64,000 nt of DNA from the NCBI GenBank assembly GCA_001782035.1, contig MFNL01000001.1, positions 277,012-341,011 on the forward strand, read 5' to 3'. Of the stretch, positions 37,615 through 48,277 are shown piece by piece (the first letter of the stretch is position 1; the number at the start of each line of letters is the position of its first letter). The notes under the pieces are model-generated. The model made no database searches and was not told the DNA's origin. It was given only the letters and a program-made list of their open reading frames with translations. A program made the position numbers and the translations under genes. Source of the DNA: Candidatus Levybacteria bacterium RIFCSPHIGHO2_01_FULL_37_17. Its GTDB lineage: Bacteria > Patescibacteriota > Microgenomatia > Levybacterales > UBA12049.

Positions 37615-38798
37615 AATTATTTAAGCTGATAGCGAGTTTATATTTTATTACTCTTGTTTCTTTATTTTTTTACTCTTTTACTCAGGTTGATTTAAGTCTT
37701 ACTCTAACCCAAGCGTCAATCTTCAAAGATATAATTTCCACTCTGCAATATTTGGGGTTTTTTCAGAGGGAACTATCCGCTATAATTTTTGCCCTAATAA
37801 GTTTTTTGCTTTTTTTATTCTATTTCCTTTTTCTTAATCAGTCCAAAAAAATCTCAGGGAAAATGCTTTTTTCATTAATTTGTGGTATCTTTTTCATTCT
37901 AGTTTTATCGTACAACGCTTTTTCTTATGATCTTTTTAATTATATTTTCGATGCCAAAATTTTAACTTTTTATCATCAAAACCCCTATCTTTTCAAGCCG
38001 CTGGATTTTATAGGAGACCCAATGCTTACTTTTATGCGCTGGACTCATAGGGTCTACCCTTATGGTCCAAGTTGGCTAGCTCTTACAGTTCCACTATCAT
38101 TCATAGGATCAAATATTTTTCTTGTGACCTTCTTCTTATTTAAGCTTATGATTGGACTAAGTTTTCTAGGAAGTGCTTTCCTTATTTATAAAATTTCAGA
38201 GTTAGTTAGTCCAGAAAATAAGATATTTAATACTTTATTTTTTGCACTTAACCCATTGGTATTAATAGAAGGGCTTGTTTCTGCGCATAATGATTTTCCT
38301 TTGGTATTTTTTGCCCTGCTTTCTTTCTACCTTTTTATAAGAAAGAAAAAAGTTTTTTCTTTTGTCTCTCTTGCTTTCTCAATTGGTATTAAATATTTAT
38401 CTTTTATACTACTTCCTATTTTTGGATATCTGATGATTTTAGAAAATAAAAAGATTAAGATTAACTGGGATAAAATTTTCCTTTTATCCCTTGCTCTCTC
38501 CTTAGTTACCCTTGCTCTCGTAACTTTTAGAACTAATTTTCAACCATGGTATCTTATATTTCCCATGAGTCTTGCTGCATTTAATGCAAAAAGACCCTAC
38601 GTCTTTCTTCCTGTTATAGTAGCATCTTTATCTATGATTGCCGTTTACTATTTTTATGTACTTCTTACAGATTATGCGCCTAATTATCCTGCAGTAATTA
38701 CAAGAGTTGAGACTTTGGCACTTTTTGCTGTTATTGTTTCTTTTATTATTGGTTTTTTATTTAAAAAAAGATTATTTAAGCTTTTGAATAACAGCTAG
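37611..38798 (+). CDS. GT-C membrane glycosyltransferase (MptA/MptB-like)
   Basis: SYDLFNY, NPY, YPYGP, NPLVLIE, HND, QPWY. Confidence 0.78.
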   Translation: MKLFKLIASLYFITLVSLFFYSFTQVDLSLTLTQASIFKDIISTLQYLGFFQRELSAIIFALISFLLFLFYFLFLNQSKKISGKMLFSLICGIFFILVLSYNAFSYDLFNYIFDAKILTFYHQNPYLFKPLDFIGDPMLTFMRWTHRVYPYGPSWLALTVPLSFIGSNIFLVTFFLFKLMIGLSFLGSAFLIYKISELVSPENKIFNTLFFALNPLVLIEGLVSAHNDFPLVFFALLSFYLFIRKKKVFSFVSLAFSIGIKYLSFILLPIFGYLMILENKKIKINWDKIFLLSLALSLVTLALVTFRTNFQPWYLIFPMSLAAFNAKRPYVFLPVIVASLSMIAVYYFYVLLTDYAPNYPAVITRVETLALFAVIVSFIIGFLFKKRLFKLLNNS

Positions 38799-38816
38799 AT
38801 ATTATATAATTCATGT

Positions 38817-40331
38817 ATGGGTTTTATCCGCAAATGGAGAACTGAAATCATTTTTGCGTTGCTTATTGCAGTAGCTTATTTTCTCTCCCGTATTGTACTT
38901 CTTGGTAATCTCCCTATTTTTACAGATGAGGCAATTTACACTAGATGGGCTCAAATAGCATTAAACGATCCCCAGTGGCGTTTTATTTCCCTAACAGATG
39001 GAAAACAACCGATGTTTGTTTGGCTAGCCATGATTTTTATGAAATTTATAGAAGACCCGCTAGTTGCCGCAAGGCTTGTTTCGGTTGCCTCAGGCTTTTT
39101 TACTCTAGTGGGACTTTGGTTTTTAACCTTAGAGCTTTTTAAAAGTAGAAAGGTAGCGTTTATCTCCTCGCTTCTTTATGTCGTCTATCCTTTTGCCGTA
39201 GTGCTTGACCGCATGGCACTATACGACAGTATGGTAGCAACATTTTTTGTTTGGGCGCTTTATTTCTCAGTTCTTTTAGTAAGAAGAATTAGACTAGATA
39301 TTGCCTATACGCTTAGTTTGATTATTGCAGGAGGAATGCTGACTAAAACCGCTAATTTCTTCAGTATATATCTGCTTCCTTTTTTGCTGATCCTTTTTAA
39401 CTTTAGAAAAAAGAATTGGCAGTTTGATTTGAGAAGATTTGTTTTATTTGCCGCTTTCTCAGCTGGCATAGCTTTTTTCTTATACAATGTTTTGCGACTT
39501 TCCCCATTTTTCCATATTATTGATCAAAAGAATGCCGTTTTCGTTTATCCATTCTCAGAGTGGATAAAGCAGCCATTTACTTTTTTCCCTGGAAATCTTT
39601 CAGGACTACTTAACTGGTTGTATGAGTATTTAAAAATTCCAGTCATTGTTTTAATCTTGATTTCACTTGTAAAGTATAAAGAGTTTACGAGAGAGAAATT
39701 ATTGCTTCTTGTTTATTTCTCTGCGCCATTTATTGCGTTGGCCCTCTTTGGAAGACTGGTTTACCCTCGTTATATTTTCTTTATGAGCCTAATGCTTCTT
39801 CCTCTTGCTTCTTTGGGTCTTACATATCTTGTTGATTACGTCATTAAGAAGTATAAAGTTTCAAAAAATTTAGCTTTTTACTTAATCACTGCATTGTTTA
39901 TTGCATATCCTGCTTTTGTTTCATGGCAGTTTATTTTTGATCCTGTAAACGCAAGAATAGCAACAGCGGATAACAGGCAGTATGTAAATGGTTGGCCCGT
40001 CGGATGGGGAGTTAGGGAAAGCGTTGAGTTTTTCAGAAATGAAGCAAAGAACGAAAAGATTTACGTAGCAACAGCTGGAACTTTTGGGCTTCTTCCGGCA
40101 GCTTTAGAGATATATTTAGTTGAGAACAAAAATATTGAGATAAAGGGGCACTGGCCGGTAGATGTATTGCCTAAAGAACTTTTGCAAAAGGCAGAAGATA
40201 TGCCTACCTTTTTAATTACATATCAGAAAGAAAACTTAAATCTAGACGATAACCCAAATTTAAATCTCGTGTTTCAGATAAGACAGGGAAACACAGACTT
40301 TTTTTATAAGGTATTTAGGGTAGAACCATGA
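38817..40331 (+). CDS. GT-C glycosyltransferase (PMT/ArnT-like)
   Basis: PIFTDEAIY, GKQPMFVW, many TM helices. Confidence 0.82.
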   Translation: MGFIRKWRTEIIFALLIAVAYFLSRIVLLGNLPIFTDEAIYTRWAQIALNDPQWRFISLTDGKQPMFVWLAMIFMKFIEDPLVAARLVSVASGFFTLVGLWFLTLELFKSRKVAFISSLLYVVYPFAVVLDRMALYDSMVATFFVWALYFSVLLVRRIRLDIAYTLSLIIAGGMLTKTANFFSIYLLPFLLILFNFRKKNWQFDLRRFVLFAAFSAGIAFFLYNVLRLSPFFHIIDQKNAVFVYPFSEWIKQPFTFFPGNLSGLLNWLYEYLKIPVIVLILISLVKYKEFTREKLLLLVYFSAPFIALALFGRLVYPRYIFFMSLMLLPLASLGLTYLVDYVIKKYKVSKNLAFYLITALFIAYPAFVSWQFIFDPVNARIATADNRQYVNGWPVGWGVRESVEFFRNEAKNEKIYVATAGTFGLLPAALEIYLVENKNIEIKGHWPVDVLPKELLQKAEDMPTFLITYQKENLNLDDNPNLNLVFQIRQGNTDFFYKVFRVEP

Positions 40332-41977
40332 AATTTCTAAAAAAGAATTTATTGCTTGTACTTCTTTCCTTAATTTTTGCTCTAAGTCTTTTTTTAAGGC
40401 TTTATCAACTAGAGTCTTTTCCAGTTGGATTTCACCAGGATGAAGCAGCCTTAGGTTACAACGCATATTCACTTCTTTTAACAGGGAAGGATGAAAATGG
40501 ACAAAGTTTACCATTGTACATCAATAAGTTTGGTGATAATAATCCCAGCGGATATCATTATCTAGCTATTTTATCTGTAAAATTTTTTGGACTTAATGAG
40601 TTTTCTACCAGGCTTCCCGCAGCTCTTGCGGGGGCAATGCTTATTCTAGCAATATATTTTCTTAGCTTTACAATTTCTAAAAACACCTTGATTAGTTTGT
40701 TTGCCGCTTTTTTTAGTGCCGTTGCCCCATGGAGCATAGTGCTTTCTCGAACTAGTGCTGAAACAATAGTTGCATTATTTTTTGCAATATTAGGTTTTGC
40801 TTTATTTATTCATTTTTTTAGAAACAAGAACATTTTATTTTTATCCGGAAGTGTTTTGTTGTGGATAGCATCGTTTTTAACATATCCAGCACCTCGTTTA
40901 TATGTACCTCTTTTAGTTTTAGCAACGGGAATATATGTATTTAAATATATAAGAGAGAAAAAATTACTAGTACCTTCGTTTGTTTCTTTCACAATACTTA
41001 TTGCTGTTCTTCTATTTCTTATTCTAGGAGTATCAGGAGGTATCGGTCGATTCTCTCAGGTAAGTATATTTACCCATCCTGAAACGAAGCTTGTTTTAGA
41101 AGAGCAAATCAGAGAAGACGGAATGGAGCAAATTCCTCCAACAGTTGTTAGAGCTTTTCACAATAAAATTATCAATCATTCTTATACATTTTTACTAAAT
41201 TATTCTTCTTATTTTTCCCTGGAGTATCTTTTCTTGAAAGGCGGACAACCATTACTCCTTAACGTGCCCCACATAGGGCTATTGTATTTAGTAGAGCTGC
41301 CTTTCATATTAATAGGAATTTATTCAGTAATAAGATCGAAAAATCACTTCTCCAAGCTTCTTTTGATTTGGCTTCTGCTTGCTCCAGCTACTGCAGCTAT
41401 AACATTTGATGATAGTCCAAATGTAAGAAGGGCTTTGGTAATGTTTCCTTTTATAGAAATTCTTGCAGGATACGGAATGCTTTTTTCTATTAAAAAAATT
41501 ACAGAAGAGAAGAATAAAAAAATATTTATTTCTATCTTTATGTTATTTCTTCTGTACAATTCTGTATATTTCCTACATCAATATTTTGTTCACACAAAAG
41601 TTCATAAACCATGGTTTAGAGATGTTGGAGTAAAAGAGATGGTAGCGGAGATAAAAAATTCATATCAAAACTATGACAAAGTTATTGTCACAAATGCTAC
41701 TAGAGGAATACATCCTTTAATCCTCTTTTACATGAAATATGATCCTGTGACGTATCAAAAAGAAGGTTCAGCCAAAGACGCGGATTATAGCGGATTTGGA
41801 AAATTCTTTTTTGTTCCACAGGACTGCCCGTCAGTAAATAGGGATCCTGATTTTCCTGATTTTAAATCTGCAATTTTTATAGATAAAGGAGTCTGCCCGT
41901 TTATTGAGGGGAAAAACTACGAAATAATATATCGAGGTGATAAAACCCCCGTGTATAGAATTGTCTATGAAGATTAA
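40328..41977 (+). CDS. GT-C glycosyltransferase (PMT/ArnT-like), DE-GYNAYS paralog
   Basis: HQDEAALGYNAYSLLLTGKDE, RLP, many TM helices. Confidence 0.85.
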   Translation: MKFLKKNLLLVLLSLIFALSLFLRLYQLESFPVGFHQDEAALGYNAYSLLLTGKDENGQSLPLYINKFGDNNPSGYHYLAILSVKFFGLNEFSTRLPAALAGAMLILAIYFLSFTISKNTLISLFAAFFSAVAPWSIVLSRTSAETIVALFFAILGFALFIHFFRNKNILFLSGSVLLWIASFLTYPAPRLYVPLLVLATGIYVFKYIREKKLLVPSFVSFTILIAVLLFLILGVSGGIGRFSQVSIFTHPETKLVLEEQIREDGMEQIPPTVVRAFHNKIINHSYTFLLNYSSYFSLEYLFLKGGQPLLLNVPHIGLLYLVELPFILIGIYSVIRSKNHFSKLLLIWLLLAPATAAITFDDSPNVRRALVMFPFIEILAGYGMLFSIKKITEEKNKKIFISIFMLFLLYNSVYFLHQYFVHTKVHKPWFRDVGVKEMVAEIKNSYQNYDKVIVTNATRGIHPLILFYMKYDPVTYQKEGSAKDADYSGFGKFFFVPQDCPSVNRDPDFPDFKSAIFIDKGVCPFIEGKNYEIIYRGDKTPVYRIVYED

Positions 41978-43595
41978 AAAGCATTTCTTATTCCTTCTTT
42001 TAATTCTTGCCATAGCTTCAATATTGCGTCTATGGCAACTGGGAGTAAATCCTCCGAGTCTTGATTGGGACGAAGCCTCACTGGGTTACAATGCCTATTC
42101 AATTCTTAAGACCGGAGCAGATGAATATGGGAATTTTCTTCCAACTTCCATAAGGTCTTTCAATGATTATAAACCTGCAGCATATGTATATTTAACAATT
42201 CCATCTGTTTTTATATTCGGGCTCAACGAATTTGCCGTTCGTCTTCCGTCCGCAGCCTTGGGGATACTAACTGTTCTTTTCACATATCTTTTAGTCAAAG
42301 AACTATTCAAAGCTAAAAATTTACAATTTGCCGAAGCCGCAGCGCTTGTCAGCGCATTGCTACTGGCAATTTCTCCCTGGCATCTACAATTTAGTAGGTC
42401 AGCTTTTGAAGGAAACGTTGGGGTTTTCTTTTTTGTCGGAGGAATATATTTTTTACTTAAAGCTTTAAATAAAGGATTATTTTTTGCGCCTGCTTTTATT
42501 TTTTTCGTACTTACTTTTTACTCCTATCATAGTTTTCGGTTGGTAACTCCATTGTTTCTGTTGTTTTCCATATTTTATTTTAGAAAGGAAATATTGGAGA
42601 AAAAAAAGCATTTTCTTGTTTCCGCACTGTTTGCCTTGATCTTAACCCTGCCTTTATTGCTTAGTATTTTTACCAACTTAGCCCGTTTTTCAAGCGTTAC
42701 CATTTTTAATTCTTCAGGAATTCTCGATACATCTATAAAGCAGCTGGAACTAGATAGAGAAAGAGAAAATGTTCTTGGAGAGATTTTCCATAACAGAAGA
42801 GTGGTCTACGCGCAGAACATTTTAGATGGCTATCTTTCACATTTTGATCCTGTTTTCCTTTTTCTAAGGGGAGATTCGGTGGAACGGCATCATGCAATAG
42901 GAATGGGAATGCTTTATATAATTGAACTTCCATTTTTACTAGTGGGAATTTTTTATCTTTCGCGAAAAAAAGATACCGGAAGGCTTATTTTACTCATCTG
43001 GCTCTTAGCTGCACCTGCCGCAGCTTCCTTAGCAACGGGGACTCCCCATGCAATACGCGCTATTGCCATGATTCCTGTATTGCAAGTTATTACGGCTATT
43101 GGCATTGTCGCTTTCTACGAGTGGAATAAAAAGGCAAAATTAGGAAAATTTATTATTTTTACATTTTCCGCTTTGTTTTTATTAAATGCTCTTTACTATT
43201 TGGATATGTATTATGTCCACACACCTATTGAAAATTCAAAATACTGGCAATATGGATACAGACAAGTGTTTGAATATGCAAAGGAAAGGCAAGATAAGTA
43301 TGACAAAATAATCGTAACTTACAAATACGACCAACCATACATCTATTATTTGTTTTTTAATAAAATTGAACCGTCTTGGTACCAGAAGAATTGGGATTAT
43401 AACAATGATGGAGAAATAGAAAGAATGACCAGAATTATCGGAAAATACGAATTTAGAAATATTGATTACGCAGTAGATTCAAAGGCAAAAAATGTTTTGT
43501 TAATCGGGACACCTGATGAGATATCGCAGAATGCAAGCATAAAAGAAATAAATTTTTTGGATGGAACCGTTGCATTTAGGATAGCAGAAAGTTAA
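41967..43595 (+). CDS. GT-C glycosyltransferase (PMT/ArnT-like), DE-GYNAYS paralog
   Basis: WDEASLGYNAYSILKTGADEYG, SFNDYKP, SPWH..FSR..FE, WQYG. Confidence 0.85.
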   Translation: MKIKKHFLFLLLILAIASILRLWQLGVNPPSLDWDEASLGYNAYSILKTGADEYGNFLPTSIRSFNDYKPAAYVYLTIPSVFIFGLNEFAVRLPSAALGILTVLFTYLLVKELFKAKNLQFAEAAALVSALLLAISPWHLQFSRSAFEGNVGVFFFVGGIYFLLKALNKGLFFAPAFIFFVLTFYSYHSFRLVTPLFLLFSIFYFRKEILEKKKHFLVSALFALILTLPLLLSIFTNLARFSSVTIFNSSGILDTSIKQLELDRERENVLGEIFHNRRVVYAQNILDGYLSHFDPVFLFLRGDSVERHHAIGMGMLYIIELPFLLVGIFYLSRKKDTGRLILLIWLLAAPAAASLATGTPHAIRAIAMIPVLQVITAIGIVAFYEWNKKAKLGKFIIFTFSALFLLNALYYLDMYYVHTPIENSKYWQYGYRQVFEYAKERQDKYDKIIVTYKYDQPYIYYLFFNKIEPSWYQKNWDYNNDGEIERMTRIIGKYEFRNIDYAVDSKAKNVLLIGTPDEISQNASIKEINFLDGTVAFRIAES

Positions 43596-43608
43596 ACTTT
43601 AAAAGTTA

Positions 43609-45036
43609 ATGGCAAAAAGTAAAAAAGAAGTCGTCGTTTTAGGAGCAGGTCTTGCAGGGTTAGCATCTGCTCACGAATTAGCAAAAGCCGGTTACAAGGT
43701 TAGAGTTTATGAAATGTTTGATTTTATAGGTGGTTTGGCGGCTACCATAAGAAAAGGAGAATTCGCATTTGATACAGGTCCTCACCGCTGGTTTGCAAAA
43801 TCAGATTTCGTGAATAACTGGATGCTTGATTTAATGAAAGGCGAGATAAAAAGCGTCAAGCGGCTTACCAGAATTTATTTCGACAACAAGTACTTCTTTT
43901 ATCCTATTAAAATCTCAAATGCCCTTTTAGGTATTGGTCCAATTAAGGCTTTTATGGCTATTTTTGACTATGGTGTTTACAGAATACGAGCAAGAGTACT
44001 AAAGCCAAAAATTGTTTCTCTTGAAGACGGATTTGTAAATCAATTCGGCAGAACTTTATACAATACTTTCTTCAAAAGATACTCTGAAAAGCTTTGGGGG
44101 AGGCCCAATACACAGATTTCAGCAGATTGGGCAGGACAAAGAACTAGAGGTTTTAACCTTTTAACCGTAGTAAAAGATTCTCTATTTAAATCCAAAAAAA
44201 TTGTTTCTTTTGTTGATGAATTTCAGTATCCGGAAAAAGGCGTTGGAAGAATAGCGGAAAAACTAGCCGAAGAAGTTGAAAAAATGGGCGGAAAAATTTA
44301 CCTGAATGCAAAAGCAGTCTCTTTTAATGCAAACGGAAAAAACAAAATGACAGGTGTAGAAATAGAGGTAAAGGGAAAAAGGATAATGGAAACAGCCGAC
44401 TTTTATATAAACACAATTCCATTGCCACACCTGATTAAATTTATGAATCCGAAAGCACCAAAAGAAATTATCAAGGAAAGTGAAACGTTAAAATTTAGAT
44501 CCGAAGTACAAGTGGCACTATTTATTAAAAAAACTAATATTACACCTGATGTGTGGATTTATGTACATTCGAAAGAAATATCATTCATGAGGTTTATGGA
44601 AATGGATAATTGGAGTAATGTTCTTTCTCCCAAGGGTACTACTACTTTAGTTTTTGAAGTTGCTTGTAACGAAGATGATGAAACCTGGAACAAAAGCGAC
44701 AAAGAGCTTATTGAAATGGTTAAAAATGACTACATTAAAGAGTTTAAAACAATTGAGCAGAAAGATGTTTTAGGAGGTTATGTCCATCGTGTTCCCTTTG
44801 AATACCCTGTTTACCATATCGGCTACACCGATTCTTTGGATAAAATAAAAGAGTTCTTAGATAATTTTACAAACCTTCAGACAATAGGAAGAAACGGGAT
44901 TTTCAGATATAACAACATGGACCATTCAATAGAAATGGGCCTTTATGCAGCCTGGAATATAATTGAAGGTAAAAGGAAACATGATCCTTACTTGGTTAAT
45001 ATTGAAAGGGAATATCTTGAAGAAAAGAAGCTCTAG
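43609..45036 (+). CDS. FAD-dependent oxidoreductase, UDP-galactopyranose mutase/PPO-like family
   Basis: GAGLAGL, DTGPHRWF, YSEKLWG, YP, GRNGIFRYNNMDHS. Confidence 0.8.
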   Translation: MAKSKKEVVVLGAGLAGLASAHELAKAGYKVRVYEMFDFIGGLAATIRKGEFAFDTGPHRWFAKSDFVNNWMLDLMKGEIKSVKRLTRIYFDNKYFFYPIKISNALLGIGPIKAFMAIFDYGVYRIRARVLKPKIVSLEDGFVNQFGRTLYNTFFKRYSEKLWGRPNTQISADWAGQRTRGFNLLTVVKDSLFKSKKIVSFVDEFQYPEKGVGRIAEKLAEEVEKMGGKIYLNAKAVSFNANGKNKMTGVEIEVKGKRIMETADFYINTIPLPHLIKFMNPKAPKEIIKESETLKFRSEVQVALFIKKTNITPDVWIYVHSKEISFMRFMEMDNWSNVLSPKGTTTLVFEVACNEDDETWNKSDKELIEMVKNDYIKEFKTIEQKDVLGGYVHRVPFEYPVYHIGYTDSLDKIKEFLDNFTNLQTIGRNGIFRYNNMDHSIEMGLYAAWNIIEGKRKHDPYLVNIEREYLEEKKL

Positions 45037-46643
45037 TGAAAAAAGTTTATATTTATATTTTTATCCTTATAGCCTTGTCGCTTTTAGTCATTGGCCCTTT
45101 TTTTAAACCGGGATTTTTCGAGACCCATGATGGTGGCTGGGCAGTAGTACGCTTAGGGGCAATGCACAGAGCCTTTGCCGACCTTCATCTTCCGGCAAGA
45201 TGGGCAGGAGAGCTTAACTTCGGATATGGATATCCTCTTTTTGAATTTACCTATCCGCTACCCTATTATCTTGGTGAAGTTATAAACCTTTTAGGTCTTG
45301 GCTTAGTGGATTCAATAAAGGCAGTATTTGTCTTTAGTGTGCTTACCTCTGTAGTAGTGATGTTTTTTCTGTCAAGAAGAATATTTGGAAACCTAGGAGC
45401 ATTTATTTCTGCCGGTTTTTATTTATTCGCAAATTACAGATTAGTTAACCTTTACGTCAGGGGTTCTATTGGAGAATCCTTGTCTCTTGTTTTATTTCCT
45501 ATGCTCTTCTTTCTTGTTTTGTCTAGCATAAGTAAGCCTACAGCGGTAAAGACCTCTCTCTTTGCATTGTCTTTTGCTGCACTACTACTTACCCACAATG
45601 TTACTGCCTTGATTTTCAGTCCTTTTTTGCTTGCTTTCTATTTATTCCTGCTTTATCGGCAAAGAAATAGAGAAAATATTATACATATGATTTTAGGCTT
45701 TGGATTAGGCGGACTTATGTCATCTTTTTTTCTGTTTCCTGCGCTTCTTGAGAAAAATTATATAAGCCTGGGCGTTAATGCTATTAGTAACATAAAAGAG
45801 CATTTTTTATCTGTCCAGTCACTTATTTCAACTCCCTGGAACTACGGAGCCTTTGCCTCTTCTGAAAGATTTTCGGCTGAAATCGGGGCCTTCCCTCTGC
45901 TGGCATTTGTCTTAGCAATTTCTGTTCTTATAAAAATGAAAGATAGCTTAACCCGCAACGTTTTTTTGTTTTCATTCTTCAGCGTTATAATCCTTATTTT
46001 TCTGATGCTACCCTTTTCTTATTCTTTTTATAAACTTCCTCTTTTTTCAAATATCGATTTCCCCTGGAGACTCCTTACTCCTCTGATTTTTTTCCTCAGT
46101 TTTTCTCTTGGAATATTGGGAATGAAAAAAATATGGGGTTTAATAGGCCTGCTTTTGCTTATGGCAACTGCAATAATAAATCTTCCACATGCAAAGCCAA
46201 ATAATTACATTTCTTACCCGGATGAATATTACCTTACAAACCAGGCAACAACAACATCAAACGATGAGCTTATGCCTATTTGGGTAGAGAAAAAGCCAAA
46301 GCAACGGTACGAAAGAAAAGTTGAAGTATTGTCGGGAGATGCGGGTGTAAATGTTATTTCGCAAGAAACGGCAAAGACAGTTTTTGAAATAAATGCAGAA
46401 GAAGAAAGTAGAATTGCTCTTAATACAATATATTACCCTGGGTGGGAGTTAAAAGAGAATGGAAGTAAAATTGATTTCAGTTATGATAATCCAGAAGGTA
46501 TAATTGAGTTTGACATCAGAGAGGGGACGCATAGGATAACTGCAGAATTCAAAAACACGTCCTTAAGAAGCTTTGCTAATTTCCTATCGATACTGGGCAT
46601 CGCGGGGGTAATAATATTATGGGGGAAAAAGTTCGTAAAATAA
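45036..46643 (+). CDS. 'PTPS-related'/YfhO-like GT-C membrane protein
   Basis: THDG, RW...GYGYPLF, VRG..GE, THN, FPWR, YYPGW. Confidence 0.78.
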   Translation: MKKVYIYIFILIALSLLVIGPFFKPGFFETHDGGWAVVRLGAMHRAFADLHLPARWAGELNFGYGYPLFEFTYPLPYYLGEVINLLGLGLVDSIKAVFVFSVLTSVVVMFFLSRRIFGNLGAFISAGFYLFANYRLVNLYVRGSIGESLSLVLFPMLFFLVLSSISKPTAVKTSLFALSFAALLLTHNVTALIFSPFLLAFYLFLLYRQRNRENIIHMILGFGLGGLMSSFFLFPALLEKNYISLGVNAISNIKEHFLSVQSLISTPWNYGAFASSERFSAEIGAFPLLAFVLAISVLIKMKDSLTRNVFLFSFFSVIILIFLMLPFSYSFYKLPLFSNIDFPWRLLTPLIFFLSFSLGILGMKKIWGLIGLLLLMATAIINLPHAKPNNYISYPDEYYLTNQATTTSNDELMPIWVEKKPKQRYERKVEVLSGDAGVNVISQETAKTVFEINAEEESRIALNTIYYPGWELKENGSKIDFSYDNPEGIIEFDIREGTHRITAEFKNTSLRSFANFLSILGIAGVIILWGKKFVK

Positions 46644-48277
46644 TACCTTTATTAATACTTTTAGTGCTTACAATTCCTGCATTTATGCCAGTGCTTGCTC
46701 CCGGATTTTTCCCAATGCATGATAATACTCAACCTTCAAGAGTATTTGAAATGGCAAAGGCCTTAATGGATGGTATGTTTCCTGTTAGATGGAGTGCTGA
46801 CTTGGGGTTTGGTTATGGTTATCCTCTTTTCAATTATTATGCTCCACTAGTATATTATGTTGGAGCTACCTTTAACCTAGCAGGATTTAACGCTTTAGAC
46901 GCAACAAAGATATTACTTGCCTTAGGATTTATTTTATCTGCATTAGCCATGTACATTTTTGCCAAAGAGTTTTTAGGCAAGCTTGGAGGAATTATAGCCG
47001 CACTTTTTTATGTTTATGCACCATATCACGCAGTGAATATATATGTTAGGGGAGCAGTTTCTGAGTTTTGGGCTTACGGGTTTATCCCACTTGCTTTTTG
47101 GGGGCTTTATAAGATTCATCAGACAGAAAAATTTAAGTATGTAGCTTTTACAGCCCTATTCTTTGCTCTTATTGTTCTTTCTCACAATTTGGCGGCGTTT
47201 ATCACTGCACCTTTTCTTCTTCTTTACTCATTTTTTCTTTTCTTTAAAAAAAGAAATATAAAACTATTTTATTCAGTTGGTATTGGTTTGCTGCTTTCCG
47301 CTTTTTATTGGGTCCCGGCTTTAATAGAAATCCCCTTTTTTAATGTCATGTCTCAAATAGGACCCGAGAAGGACATACGCTTTCATTTTGTGTGCTTACA
47401 GCAGCTCTGGACGAGCCAGTGGGGATTTGGCGGATCAATACCAGGGTGCGTTGATGGAATGTCCTATATGATAGGAAAATATCATATTCTTGCAGCAATT
47501 TTGGCTGTTATGGTAGCACTTCTGGAGTATAAAAATAAGAAAGTCGAGAAGGGTATTTTTCAAAACATTGTCCTATTCTTCGCTTTTGGAGTTTTAAGCA
47601 TTTTCTTGATGACGTCATACTCTCAATTTATTTGGGAGCTTGTTTCCCCTATGAGGTTTATTCAGTTTCCCTGGAGGTTTCTCCTGATAACGTCTTTTAC
47701 ATTTTCATTTGTTGCAGGATCATTATTTTACCTTTTTAGAAAGAGATTAAACTCTTTTTCGTATATCATACTTGCGTTAATAGTTTCGATTGCAATAGTC
47801 TTTCTCTATTCGAAGTTTTTTGTTCCTCAGGAGGCAAACTCTAAAAATGCCTCAGATTATGTTTCAAAAAATGCGTTAAATTACAATATTTCTAAAATAT
47901 CACACGAATTTATGCCAAGTAACTTCAAAATACCCGGAAATATAAATGAGGTTTCTAATCTCAATAATATTGAAGATGAAAGTATTGTAGTAGTTAATTC
48001 TAAAAAAAGGACTGGAAGAATCGAATTAAACTTAAGAGTTGAAAAAGAAACCAAAGCTGTTATTCCCATAGCTTATTTTCCCGCATGGAAAGCTTACGTT
48101 AACGGAGAGGAAGTTCCAGTCGAGAAGAATCCTCGCGGAATAAAAGTAAAATTGCCGGAAGGTAAAGTGATGCTAGAGTTTCTCTTCAGAGAAACTCTTC
48201 TGGAAAAATTTGCCAATGTCCTGAGCCTGGCTGGCGTACTAATACTGGCTTACGGTATAATAAGGAAGCCTAAATGA
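46619..48277 (+). CDS. 'PTPS-related'/YfhO-like GT-C membrane protein (paralog)
   Basis: MHD, RWSADLGFGYGYPLFNYY, VRGAVSE, SHN, QFPWR, YFPAW. Confidence 0.78.
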   Translation: MGEKVRKIIPLLILLVLTIPAFMPVLAPGFFPMHDNTQPSRVFEMAKALMDGMFPVRWSADLGFGYGYPLFNYYAPLVYYVGATFNLAGFNALDATKILLALGFILSALAMYIFAKEFLGKLGGIIAALFYVYAPYHAVNIYVRGAVSEFWAYGFIPLAFWGLYKIHQTEKFKYVAFTALFFALIVLSHNLAAFITAPFLLLYSFFLFFKKRNIKLFYSVGIGLLLSAFYWVPALIEIPFFNVMSQIGPEKDIRFHFVCLQQLWTSQWGFGGSIPGCVDGMSYMIGKYHILAAILAVMVALLEYKNKKVEKGIFQNIVLFFAFGVLSIFLMTSYSQFIWELVSPMRFIQFPWRFLLITSFTFSFVAGSLFYLFRKRLNSFSYIILALIVSIAIVFLYSKFFVPQEANSKNASDYVSKNALNYNISKISHEFMPSNFKIPGNINEVSNLNNIEDESIVVVNSKKRTGRIELNLRVEKETKAVIPIAYFPAWKAYVNGEEVPVEKNPRGIKVKLPEGKVMLEFLFRETLLEKFANVLSLAGVLILAYGIIRKPK

